From: an uncultured Dialister sp.
Lineage (GTDB): Bacteria > Bacillota > Negativicutes > Veillonellales > Dialisteraceae
Length of the DNA: 64,000 bases
NCBI GenBank assembly: GCA_900759415.1
Contig: CAAEVC010000155.1
Span: 36,084 to 100,083 of the forward strand
Direction of reading: 5' to 3'
Positions 18,445 to 27,362 of this stretch are shown piece after piece. Below the pieces are notes generated by a model that was not told the DNA's origin, searched no databases, and was given only the letters and a program-made list of their open reading frames with translations. Position numbers and translations under genes: made by a program. The first letter of the stretch is position 1; each line of letters begins with the position of its first letter.

Positions 18445-18670
18445 TATGTATCATTTATTGGGAAGGATTGCTATGGATAATCTTTTTAGAGGGTGGGCGG
18501 ATATCGTGCACTTATAAAAGTAGATATCAGAGAGAGTTTTGAGGAAGCTATGTAATGAAAAGTAAAACAGGGTGAAAAGTCTGTCAGCAGTGATATCTCG
18601 ATTCCACCGGATCACTAAGGGTAATTAATATCTTCCCATGACAAGGGACAGCATAGAAATTTCTACAAAT

Positions 18671-18716
18671 CAAAAAGGCTGTGAGAAAATGAAGTTACAT
18701 TTTTCACAGTCTTTTG
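18671..18716. repeat. Dispersed palindromic element / terminator downstream of queG
   Basis: CAAAAAGGCTGTGAGAAAATG-AAGTTA-CATTTTTCACAGTCTTTTG. Confidence 0.7.
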
Positions 18717-18732
18717 CTGTATAAGGGAGAGA

Positions 18733-19629
18733 TTATTCTTTTTCCGGTTTTTCTTCATGAATGATTTCCCAGTTGCGAAGGAGGATCTTCCTTCCCCGCC
18801 AAGTAAAGGCGTAGTCTCTGTAAGTTTTGTCAAAGGCCCGGTTTGAAAGGGATTCCATCTGTTCTTTATCAAGAGAAGAAATACGGTTTTCTTTCATTTC
18901 ATGAAGGGGAGAATACCTGGCATCCTTGTTGAAAGGACAGCAGGTCTGACATTCGTCACATCCGAAGATAAGAGGAGTTCTACGGATGATCTTTCTTTCC
19001 AGAGGGGAAAGTTCTTCCTTCTTCTGGGTAAGATAAGATTTGCAGAGGTAAGGATTGAAATGATGGGGCCTTATGACTCCACCGGGACAGGCTTTCTGGC
19101 AGAGGTCACAGTCACCGCAGGAAAGGGTGGAAGGAGAGCTTTCAGGAAGTTCCAGAGTGGTAAGAATAGAGCCTATAGTCACATAAGAACCGTAAACCGG
19201 ATTGATGAAACAGTGATTTTTCCCAAAGAATCCAAGGCCTGCAGCGTAGGCAAGCCATCGGTCTACCATAGGGGATGTGTCGGTGAGGGCAAGGAACCCT
19301 TCTTCCGGACAGGTCTCTTTCATCTTTTCAATGATACGGTCCATATACTGATGATTGATTTTGTGATAATCTCTGGATCTTGCGTAAAGCGCAATATTTC
19401 CTTCCTCTTCTTCTACCCGGTAGGGAAAGAGGATGACGAAGAAAGATTTTGCATAAGGAAGGAGTTTTTCCGGATGGAGCCTTTCTTCCAGATCCGGCGG
19501 AGCGAAGGGGGTAGGGCCTGCCTTTTCCAGTTTCTCTCTGAGGAGGGAGGAAAAGTGGATGCTGCAGCTTCCGCAGGCATCCAGATTCAGGGAACGGGCA
19601 GTTTCCAAAAATAATTTTTCAGGTTTCAT
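18733..19629 (-). CDS. queG: Epoxyqueuosine reductase (cobalamin, Fe-S)
   Basis: IALYARSRDYH, AGLGFFGKN, CGDCDLCQKACP, CKSYLTQKK, FGCDECQTCCPFN. Confidence 0.9.
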   Translation of the reverse strand: MKPEKLFLETARSLNLDACGSCSIHFSSLLREKLEKAGPTPFAPPDLEERLHPEKLLPYAKSFFVILFPYRVEEEEGNIALYARSRDYHKINHQYMDRIIEKMKETCPEEGFLALTDTSPMVDRWLAYAAGLGFFGKNHCFINPVYGSYVTIGSILTTLELPESSPSTLSCGDCDLCQKACPGGVIRPHHFNPYLCKSYLTQKKEELSPLERKIIRRTPLIFGCDECQTCCPFNKDARYSPLHEMKENRISSLDKEQMESLSNRAFDKTYRDYAFTWRGRKILLRNWEIIHEEKPEKE

Positions 19630-19680
19630 AAGTATTCCTTATAGAGAACATAAAGAGCGGTGCCGGTGGCACCGCTTCTG

Positions 19681-20721
19681 TTATTTAACCATTCGTCTGG
19701 CAAGGAGTTCACTGACTTTTTCCGTAGGCATATCATCGCTGTCATAGAGAAGCCCCTTAGGACTTTTGATGATTAACCGGTCCATCAGATTCTGTTTGAT
19801 GAGATCATTGGTGGCAGAAAGAAATGCCATACACGCCCGGTCGTGATATTCTTTAGTAATCAGACGGGAGAGGCCAGGAGCCTTGAGGCGCTGCTGAAGG
19901 AAGAGCTGATGAATGGCTTTCCAGCTTTCTTTCTTCGGGCAGGCACGGAGAAGGACACAGATTTTATATCCCTTATCTTTCAGGAAGGAAATGTATTCCA
20001 TAGTATGGGACACATCTTCCAGTGAACCTTCCTGAACAATGTGATAACGGCCTTCGGCAGCTTTCTTCATGGTGAGGTCAGAGAGATATTTTCCCTGTTC
20101 AATGGAGAAATAAGCACAGTACTGGCCATATTTCTTCATGAGCTCACGAAATCTGGGGTGAAAGCCCCGGAAGTTATCGCCCATGGACTGGACGATGTTG
20201 TTATCATATTCTTCAATAATCATGGAAGACATTCTTGTCTTTCCCGACCCCGGCTGGCCGGCAATAATGAAAGCCATCGGTTCTTTCTGATTGCCAGTGG
20301 CAGAGGATCTGATAGAAGGCCAGACAGTTTTTTCAAAAAGTTCATTCATTTCTTCTTTATCGAAAACGCTTTCTTTCTGAATGAGCTCTTTAGTCAGCCT
20401 GGCATTTACGGGACGGAAAATCTGGTCTGCCATATATTTTGTTTCTATGTCATAGGCTTCTCGCAGCATGTCTATCTGGGTAGACATAGGAAGACCGTGT
20501 CCTTTGCGGAGCTCAATGAGTGACATTTCGCGGATGGTTTGGCGCCAGAGGTCAGCAAGAGTTTCCTCATCTTCAGGATCAATTTCTACATTATCTTTTA
20601 TGGTCCAAAGCAGATTCCGGATGGTATTAAAAATCTCTGCATTGACTTCCAGCTGAATTCCCATAGGGGTAATTTCCGCTGATTCACTTAATTCTTCAAC
20701 AGTCCGCTCGTCATAGGGCAT
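19681..20721 (-). CDS. Zeta-toxin family P-loop kinase with ~130-aa N-terminal extension
   Basis: IAGQPGSGKT Walker A, GDNFRGFHPRF, QEGS and GYKI pattern like zeta/PezT; no adjacent epsilon gene. Confidence 0.75.
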   Translation of the reverse strand: MPYDERTVEELSESAEITPMGIQLEVNAEIFNTIRNLLWTIKDNVEIDPEDEETLADLWRQTIREMSLIELRKGHGLPMSTQIDMLREAYDIETKYMADQIFRPVNARLTKELIQKESVFDKEEMNELFEKTVWPSIRSSATGNQKEPMAFIIAGQPGSGKTRMSSMIIEEYDNNIVQSMGDNFRGFHPRFRELMKKYGQYCAYFSIEQGKYLSDLTMKKAAEGRYHIVQEGSLEDVSHTMEYISFLKDKGYKICVLLRACPKKESWKAIHQLFLQQRLKAPGLSRLITKEYHDRACMAFLSATNDLIKQNLMDRLIIKSPKGLLYDSDDMPTEKVSELLARRMVK

Positions 20722-20796
20722 AGCCTTACCAACTCCTTTTCAAAATACATGTAAAGTTAAGCTTATCATAACAAAGCACAGGCCATTTGTCTAATT

Positions 20797-21633
20797 TTAT
20801 TCCTTTATAGATTGTTTCTGTTTCCTCATTTCCCGGTTCCGTATCCTGTTTCTCTCTTTGTAACGGGCTTTGAGAGGCTCGATGTCAATGGCTGATGGAG
20901 TCACAAGGAGGGGAGAAATATTCCAGGTGTATCCATAAATGCGGATGCATTCGATGACCGATTCATAGGCGGCTCTGGCAAGAGAGGCACCCAGTTCAGA
21001 GAATGTGCCTGCATCGGTGTAGAGAGGGCCTTCCGGATCAGTAATGAAGGTGATGCCGTCAGTGGAAGTGCCGGTAGCCGGCTTTCCATTGTTCACGTCT
21101 GCAATGCCCAGATCTTCAAGGGCTGCGGTTTTACCTTCTGTAAGGGTGATAAGGGCTCTTGCCATGATGCCGTCAGGGAGTTTCCCGTTCATCATAACCA
21201 TGAGGTTAATGGTGCCGACAGGGCCAAAGACTCCTTTTTCTTCTCTGTAGAGAGGCGCTGAAGAAGCACGGCAGGCCGTTTCTACTACGCCGCCGGTGGC
21301 CACTGTTTCAATGAGAAGGCTGCCGGCTCTGATGATTTTATGGGCATAGTAATTGACATCTGCAGAGGTCAGAAGGACCGAGCTTTCCCCTGGTGCGGCG
21401 CCGCATTTTTCTGCGCATAATCCCAGGTAGGCTTCTACGGAACCACCGGGGAAATCTTTTTCTGAAGGATAGAATTCCATGAGCTGACGGTTCAGTGCAT
21501 ATTTTATATGCTGGAATCCGCCGCCATAAATGGCTGTAGATAATGCATAGCGGGGACGGTCAAAGGTGATGAGAAGATTTCCATCGTATACAGAAAGGTG
21601 GGCACCTTCCGTCTCCAGATCATATTTTTCCAT
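20797..21633 (-). CDS. cbiZ: Adenosylcobinamide amidohydrolase
   Basis: LSTAIYGGG, LLTSA, GTIN, TEGKTAAL, ATGTSTDG CbiZ motifs. Confidence 0.85.
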   Translation of the reverse strand: MEKYDLETEGAHLSVYDGNLLITFDRPRYALSTAIYGGGFQHIKYALNRQLMEFYPSEKDFPGGSVEAYLGLCAEKCGAAPGESSVLLTSADVNYYAHKIIRAGSLLIETVATGGVVETACRASSAPLYREEKGVFGPVGTINLMVMMNGKLPDGIMARALITLTEGKTAALEDLGIADVNNGKPATGTSTDGITFITDPEGPLYTDAGTFSELGASLARAAYESVIECIRIYGYTWNISPLLVTPSAIDIEPLKARYKERNRIRNREMRKQKQSIKE

Positions 21634-21834
21634 AAAGACTGCTCCTTTATATACAGGATTCAGGATAACCTTTATTTTAAACTAATAATAGGATGCCTAC
21701 AAGACGGGAGCGGGGAAAAGGATGGAGAAATCACAGGATTGACAGGAGGGAGAGGGAAAGATTTCATTGAAGTCACCGGTGAAATATGATACCATGTAAC
21801 TGAATTTTATGTCATAGTACAGCAAGGAGATTTC

Positions 21835-23163
21835 ATGTTTATTATTCCATATCTTGTGTTACTTGCAGTAGCACTTCTCTTTTTTGCGAATACTTATCTT
21901 TTGGTCTTTGGACTGCCAAAAGGCAGGAAACAGCGGACTTCTGACAGAGTCCAGACCGTAAAGACGGCGGCAAAGGATCAGAAGGACAAAGAAAAGACTG
22001 CTCACAAGTTTAATGATGATGCGACCCAGGTCATTCCTCTCAAATCTGTAAGGGATAAAAAAGCTTCTTTCGATAATGATGAAGGAAAGACAAAGGTATT
22101 CACCAGAGAAAGTTTTGAGACGGCGAAAACAAGAACAGCATCCAGGAAGGATATACCGGCCAGTGTATTCCCACTGGAACCGGAACCCAATATTCTTACT
22201 ACTACGCCGGATCTGACGACGCTGAAAGAATATTTCGTCCGTCATTTCCTGAACCGCTATGGGGCAGTCTCTGCCACTGTAGAGCAGGATACGAAAAAGA
22301 TTACAGAGCATCTGATTGACGGACTTCATATGAGCCATAAGGATGCAGTGGATACATTGACTCATATTATGGTGCAGGAAGCCATGCAGAATGCGCAGCG
22401 GACCTATATCATGATGCCTACTCCGGTGGTCATGGATATGCTCACCGATGCATTTATTGACGTGGCGACCGGCAACCGTTCGGATACGAAGACCATTCTG
22501 GCCTACGATGCATTAAAGGCGATGCCCCGTATGGAAGAGAATGAATTTCATGCTCTTGCACTGCTTCTGATTTTCCATTATTCAAGAAATACAGATAATG
22601 TAGATGCAGCACATCTGGAAAAGTATGCTGAAAAATATGTGACGCCTTTCATTCATAAACTGCCGGATGAATATACCGGGTATCAGCAGCTGGAGTATCT
22701 GCACTGCGTTTCCCTTGAAAATAAGGATATTTCCTTTGGCCAGGTACTTCATGATTCCTATCCTCTGATTTTTGCATTCCGTGGATGTATGAAGAGTGAA
22801 ATCTCCGCTGTTCAGGCAGCATGGCCGGAAGGTACTCTGGTACCCAGTCTTTATAATTCCTATGTGAAGCCGGCGGCTGTCGATGAATCTACATTGATGA
22901 GTCTTCTGGACCGCATGGGAATGGACGATGAAACAAAGAGAAGAAGTCTTATGGCTCTCGTGGAATCCCGTCCTGTAAGTTATGACAGAAAAGAAATGGG
23001 ATATATTCTGGGCAAGATTTCCCCGGATCTGGAAAAACTGCAGTCCATCTGGGACAGCAGCATGATCCGCCGGGCTTCCCTGACACTCATGGGCATGTAT
23101 ATTGCAAGAATCTGCATTAAGGAAACCATTGGGGAAGAATTTGATTTAAGTCATTGGATGTAA
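21835..23163 (+). CDS. Membrane-anchored hypothetical protein (possibly LPO_1073/Vpar_1526-like)
   Basis: N-terminal TM helix, charged linker, long helical domain; AAGGAG RBS; family call is from recollection only. Confidence 0.7.
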   Translation: MFIIPYLVLLAVALLFFANTYLLVFGLPKGRKQRTSDRVQTVKTAAKDQKDKEKTAHKFNDDATQVIPLKSVRDKKASFDNDEGKTKVFTRESFETAKTRTASRKDIPASVFPLEPEPNILTTTPDLTTLKEYFVRHFLNRYGAVSATVEQDTKKITEHLIDGLHMSHKDAVDTLTHIMVQEAMQNAQRTYIMMPTPVVMDMLTDAFIDVATGNRSDTKTILAYDALKAMPRMEENEFHALALLLIFHYSRNTDNVDAAHLEKYAEKYVTPFIHKLPDEYTGYQQLEYLHCVSLENKDISFGQVLHDSYPLIFAFRGCMKSEISAVQAAWPEGTLVPSLYNSYVKPAAVDESTLMSLLDRMGMDDETKRRSLMALVESRPVSYDRKEMGYILGKISPDLEKLQSIWDSSMIRRASLTLMGMYIARICIKETIGEEFDLSHWM

Positions 23164-23233
23164 TTCCAAAGGTAAGCAATTTCAATAATTTCGGCTTCAA
23201 CGTTGGGACGCCAACAGCAGGAAACCTGGAGTG

Positions 23234-23268
23234 ACAGAAACTGCCTTGGCGGCAGTTTCTATTTTTTT
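23234..23268 (+). terminator. Intrinsic terminator immediately before the sdaAB RBS
   Basis: AGAAACTGCC-TTGGC-GGCAGTTTCT-ATTTTTTT. Confidence 0.7.
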
Positions 23269-23283
23269 AGGAAGGAACAGGAT

Positions 23284-23946
23284 ATGGGAATTTTTGATAT
23301 TATAGGGCCGATTATGGTAGGTCCTTCCAGTTCACATACTGCAGGGGCTGCCCGTATTGGACAGACTGCCAGAGCCATTCTGGGTGAAGATGTGAAGAAG
23401 GCAACTGTGACCCTTTACGGCTCTTTTGCTCAGACAGGAAAAGGGCATGGCACAGACCGTGCACTGGTGGCAGGGCTTATGGGATATGCACCGGATAGCG
23501 TGATTATCCGGGACGCCATCAATGTTGCAAAAGAAAGAGGAGTGGATATTTCCTTCTTCCTCTCAGAAGAAGATATGGGCCATCCCAATACAGCCAAGAT
23601 CGATGCCTATGGTGTCAATGGCAATCATGTGGAAGTCATCGGCCGCTCTCTTGGCGGTGGACGGATCAAGATCACATCCATTGATGGTTATGAAGTGGAA
23701 ATCACTGGAGAAGACTATACTCTTCTAACCCGTCACCATGATAAGCCCGGTGTCGTTGCCAAAGTTTGCGAAGAACTGGCAAAAGAACGTATCAATATTT
23801 CGACCATGCGCCTTTTCCGCAAAGGAAAGGGAAGCGAAGCGGTGATGATCATCCACACCGATCAGCGGGTTCCAAAGGAAGTGGCTGAAAAAATCAGAGA
23901 ATCCAATATCAACATTATTTATGTCATGGCATTGGATATTATTTAA
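23284..23946 (+). CDS. sdaAB: L-serine dehydratase, Fe-S dependent, beta subunit (with ACT domain)
   Basis: FDIIGPIMVGPSSSHTAGA, GHGTDRAL, GGGRI, DKPGVVA. Confidence 0.95.
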   Translation: MGIFDIIGPIMVGPSSSHTAGAARIGQTARAILGEDVKKATVTLYGSFAQTGKGHGTDRALVAGLMGYAPDSVIIRDAINVAKERGVDISFFLSEEDMGHPNTAKIDAYGVNGNHVEVIGRSLGGGRIKITSIDGYEVEITGEDYTLLTRHHDKPGVVAKVCEELAKERINISTMRLFRKGKGSEAVMIIHTDQRVPKEVAEKIRESNINIIYVMALDII

Positions 23947-23956
23947 GGAGGGTATT

Positions 23957-24835
23957 ATGGAATATCATTCTATGAAAGAACTTTTCGCTGTGGCTGACGC
24001 AGAAAAATGCTCTCCTGGGATTATCGCCTGCAAGGTGGAAGCAGAAGAAAGCGGAAAGAGTTATGAACAGATCTGGGACAGGATGAAATATACGATTCCT
24101 GTGTTCCGGGAAGCTATCCGTAAGGGATTGGAAGATACAGAGAAATCTGCCAGCGGACTGGTTGGCGGTGATGGAAACCGATTCTATAATGGACAGATGC
24201 GATTCATGTCGCCTCTCTGCCAGAAGGCGGCTTCCTATGCTGTTGCTACAGCAGAAGCCAATGCCAAGATGTACCGTATCGTTGCCTGCCCTACAGCAGG
24301 TTCCTGCGGAATCCTGCCTTCTGTGCTCTTTGCAGTAGCAGAAGATATAAATGCATCGGCCTATGATATCACCAGCGCACTCTTTACTGCAGGGGCTATC
24401 GGAAAGATCATAACTTCCAAAGCATCTATTGCCGGTGCTGTTGGCGGATGCCAGGCAGAATGCGGTTCAGCAGCTGCCATGGCGGCTGCTGCCACTGTAG
24501 ACCTTCTCAAAGGAACGACAGAACAGATGGGCAATGCATTTGCACTGGCGCTCAAAAATATTCTGGGTCTGGTCTGTGATCCCGTAGGCGGACTGGTTGA
24601 AGTTCCCTGTGTCAAAAGAAATGCTTTCCATGCGGTTCATGCACTTCTGGCAGCCGATATGGCCATGAATGGCATCAAGAGCGTCATTCCGCCTGATGAA
24701 GTCATTGAAGCCATGGGGGATGTGGGAAGACGTCTTCCAGTGGAACTGAAAGAAACAAGCCGCGCCGGTCTTGCAGTCACAAAGACAGGGAAAAGAATCA
24801 ATGATGAATTGATGAGAAAAGCAAGAAATATCTGA
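23957..24835 (+). CDS. sdaAA: L-serine dehydratase, Fe-S dependent, alpha subunit
   Basis: IVACPTAGSCG, GGCQAECG, LGLVCDPVGGLVEVPCVKRN. Confidence 0.95.
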   Translation: MEYHSMKELFAVADAEKCSPGIIACKVEAEESGKSYEQIWDRMKYTIPVFREAIRKGLEDTEKSASGLVGGDGNRFYNGQMRFMSPLCQKAASYAVATAEANAKMYRIVACPTAGSCGILPSVLFAVAEDINASAYDITSALFTAGAIGKIITSKASIAGAVGGCQAECGSAAAMAAAATVDLLKGTTEQMGNAFALALKNILGLVCDPVGGLVEVPCVKRNAFHAVHALLAADMAMNGIKSVIPPDEVIEAMGDVGRRLPVELKETSRAGLAVTKTGKRINDELMRKARNI

Positions 24836-24841
24836 TAAATG

Positions 24842-24885
24842 AGGGATATGACAGAATGATTTTTCCATTTTGTCATATCCTTTTT
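24842..24885. repeat. Dispersed palindromic element / terminator after sdaAA
   Basis: AGGGATATGACAGAATG-ATTTTTC-CATTTTGTCATATCCTTTTT. Confidence 0.7.
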
Positions 24886-25017
24886 CTATGAACTTTTCAT
24901 GATTTACGAAAAAATATAAAATCTTTTCTAAAAATATTTTTTTAAAAATCCTGAAATTCACTGATTTTCGCCTGTTTTCTGCATATTTTACTGATATTTG
25001 GTATATTCGCTTATTGC

Positions 25018-25046
25018 TTGACAAAATGGGGGTTGGTGGGTATACT
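25018..25046 (+). promoter_or_regulatory. SigA promoter of tRNA operon
   Basis: TTGACA-17 nt-TATACT preceded by an AT-rich tract. Confidence 0.8.
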
Positions 25047-25065
25047 AATTAAGTAACTTATGTGC

Positions 25066-25142
25066 GGCCCGGTGGTGTAGTGGTCTAACATGCCGCCCTG
25101 TCACGGCGGAGATCGTCAGTTCAAATCTGATCCGGGTCGCCA
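25066..25142 (+). tRNA. tRNA-Asp(GTC)
   Basis: Cloverleaf, anticodon loop CTGTCAC, TTCAAAT, encoded CCA. Confidence 0.95.
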
Positions 25143-25144
25143 AT

Positions 25145-25219
25145 GCGGAAGTAGCTCAGTGGTAGAGCACAACCTTGCCAAGGTTGGGGTCGCGGGTTCG
25201 AGTCCCGTTTTCCGCTCCA
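25145..25219 (+). tRNA. tRNA-Gly(GCC)
   Basis: Cloverleaf, loop TTGCCAA, TTCGAGT, CCA. Confidence 0.95.
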
Positions 25220-25222
25220 TAT

Positions 25223-25296
25223 GGCGGCATAGCCAAGCGGTAAGGCAGAGGTCTGCAAAACCTTTATCCCCAGTTCGATTCTGGGTGCCGCCTCCA
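25223..25296 (+). tRNA. tRNA-Cys(GCA)
   Basis: Cloverleaf, loop CTGCAAA, TTCGATT, ends TCCA. Confidence 0.95.
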
Positions 25297-25319
25297 TATT
25301 TTTTTACATCTGAATACCT

Positions 25320-25408
25320 GCCGGGGTGGCGGAACTGGCAGACGCAAGGGACTTAAAATCCCTCGAATCGTGAGATTCGTACCGGTTCGATTCCGGTCCT
25401 CGGCACCA
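25320..25408 (+). tRNA. tRNA-Leu(TAA)
   Basis: Loop CTTAAAA, long variable arm, TTCGATT, CCA. Confidence 0.95.
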
Positions 25409-25419
25409 AGTGTTAACTC

Positions 25420-25445
25420 AGTTGAAACTCTGTTTCAACTTTTTT
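25420..25445 (+). terminator. tRNA operon terminator
   Basis: AGTTGAAAC-TCT-GTTTCAACT-TTTTT. Confidence 0.75.
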
Positions 25446-25594
25446 ATTGCTCTTTTTCAGATACAGGGAGTAAAACAGTGGGATAAAAGGAACCCAAGCC
25501 TTTCATATTTCATAAAGATATATTCTCCTCATTGGAATGAACTTCTCTCATGATATAATGAATAAAAGGGATATGAGAGACAGGAGGCCGTGCC

Positions 25595-27253
25595 ATGTAT
25601 ATTTCTGACATGATTGTGGAGAATTACCGGACTTTCCGTTATGTAAAACTTCATTTTGACAGCAGGATCAATTATATCGTAGGGGATAACAATATCGGGA
25701 AAAGTAATCTTCTCCGTTTATTGAAATGGGTCACTCACGGCTATGGTTTCAATGAACAGGATTTCATGGATCCTGACAGGCCCATCTCCATCAGGCTTAC
25801 TCTCTCTTCCAGGGAGGAAGGGGGAGATGAACCTCTTCATCTGGAATTAAAGCAGCATGTACAGGAAGTGGTGCCAAGACTGTATCATGGAGATGATGGA
25901 AGGCTCCTTCCGCTGGAATATGTGCGGAGTCTATTCTATGTGGATTTCAGCTTGTCTGAAGTACCAAGAGAAATGATTGCCGAAAGTGATCTGTCCCAGG
26001 TACTTTCTGTCCTTGAAACCTACCTTTCTCATGGTGCGTCCACTATGGATGAAATAGAGAATCTTCTGAATGAAAGAGGATTCCATATCCGTCTTCCCCG
26101 TGAGGATTTTCACAAGTCGGCGGCCATTCTCCTTCAGGAAATCTTTAAACCTCAGGTGGCGGAAAATTCTTATAATTCCGCACTGAAACTGATGATTGCA
26201 GAAGAACTCTGGCTTCTGGTGAATATAGTAAGGAAACAGAAGAGCCGGGCGATTTCTTTTGAAAATATGGTGATTACAGATCAGAAGGGCAAGAGATATC
26301 TCCCGATCACCATCAGCATTGATGAACCGGAACTTCATCTTCATCCCTATCTTCAGAGGGCCATGCTCCATTTCTCTCAGGCAATCTTAAATAATGAGGA
26401 ACCTTTCTTCCATCAGCTGATTCAGAAGGTGCTGGGCATTGACGGCCTTCGCGGACAGCTCTTTGTGGTTACCCATTCTACCGATGCCCTTGTGAATGAT
26501 TACCGCAAAATCATCCGCATGTACTGGAGCGATTCCAAGAAGGTACAGACTGCCTGCGGTGCTTCTTTCCATTTTGATAGGGAAGTGGAAAAACATCTGA
26601 TCATGCATTTCCCGGAAGTCAAGGAAGCTCTTTATTCCAAATGCACTATCCTGGTGGAAGGGGAAACGGAATATGGGTCCTTCGGTTATTTTGCCAGAAC
26701 TCTGGGGGTCAATTTTGATTACCACGGCATCTGTCTCATTAATGCCAGAGGGGAAAGTTCTATTTCCAAGATTGCCCAGCTTCTGGAACGGTTCCGCATT
26801 CCTGCCATCTGTCTCTATGACCGGGATGTAATCAATACAAGAAATCATTCGCCCCATGTATTTTTTACGGATCACATCTGCTATGAAATGGATGTGGTCA
26901 AGGCCTGTATGGAGGCAAACAGCCGGAAACTTCTGGATCAGGTCATCAGCGATATGGAAGAACCGGGAGATTCGGTCCATATGTCACTGATTAAGAAGGC
27001 AGGATACAAACTGGGGCTCCCCAAAGGTTATTATCCTCCGGTCAAGCTGAAAAATATCAATCCAAGAAACAGGAAGGCTCTGGAATTCTATTACTTCGCC
27101 TGGCTTTATGGAAATAAGGGGGTCATTATCGGCCGTGCTCTGGGGAAACGGTTGACGGAAAAAGAGATTCCCCCATCTTTTGCCCGGGTTATCAATGCTG
27201 CGCTTACCCTTTCAGCAGGCGGAAAGATAGAGAATAAGGAAAATGGAGAATAG
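25595..27253 (+). CDS. OLD-family ATP-dependent endonuclease (ABC ATPase + TOPRIM)
   Basis: IVENYRTF, GDNNIGKSN Walker A, IDEPELHLHP Walker B, VVTHS, TOPRIM ILVEGETE and YDRD. Confidence 0.88.
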   Translation: MYISDMIVENYRTFRYVKLHFDSRINYIVGDNNIGKSNLLRLLKWVTHGYGFNEQDFMDPDRPISIRLTLSSREEGGDEPLHLELKQHVQEVVPRLYHGDDGRLLPLEYVRSLFYVDFSLSEVPREMIAESDLSQVLSVLETYLSHGASTMDEIENLLNERGFHIRLPREDFHKSAAILLQEIFKPQVAENSYNSALKLMIAEELWLLVNIVRKQKSRAISFENMVITDQKGKRYLPITISIDEPELHLHPYLQRAMLHFSQAILNNEEPFFHQLIQKVLGIDGLRGQLFVVTHSTDALVNDYRKIIRMYWSDSKKVQTACGASFHFDREVEKHLIMHFPEVKEALYSKCTILVEGETEYGSFGYFARTLGVNFDYHGICLINARGESSISKIAQLLERFRIPAICLYDRDVINTRNHSPHVFFTDHICYEMDVVKACMEANSRKLLDQVISDMEEPGDSVHMSLIKKAGYKLGLPKGYYPPVKLKNINPRNRKALEFYYFAWLYGNKGVIIGRALGKRLTEKEIPPSFARVINAALTLSAGGKIENKENGE

Positions 27254-27362
27254 AGGGATTCTGATTCTTAGAAAATTTTAATATTTTTAATATTGAAAAA
27301 TGAGGAGAATCCCTTTATGATTATAGAAATGCTATTTTGATGTATTTTTATAGGAGGCCGGT

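Noticed and set aside
18445..18670. Long intergenic region sharing TCTGTCAGCAGTG with ~2898-2910
   Set aside because: Only a 13-nt match with no convincing ORF or structure; insufficient support
25090..25356. 88-aa ORF in the track
   Set aside because: It overlaps the Asp/Gly/Cys/Leu tRNA genes; spurious
27254..27362. PyrR attenuator ahead of the pyr operon
   Set aside because: No AGTCCAGAGAGG-type PyrR loop or terminator; no pyrR, pyrE or pyrF in the window
25409..27362. Integrated element at tRNA-Leu
   Set aside because: No integrase and no duplicated tRNA 3' end (att) seen downstream
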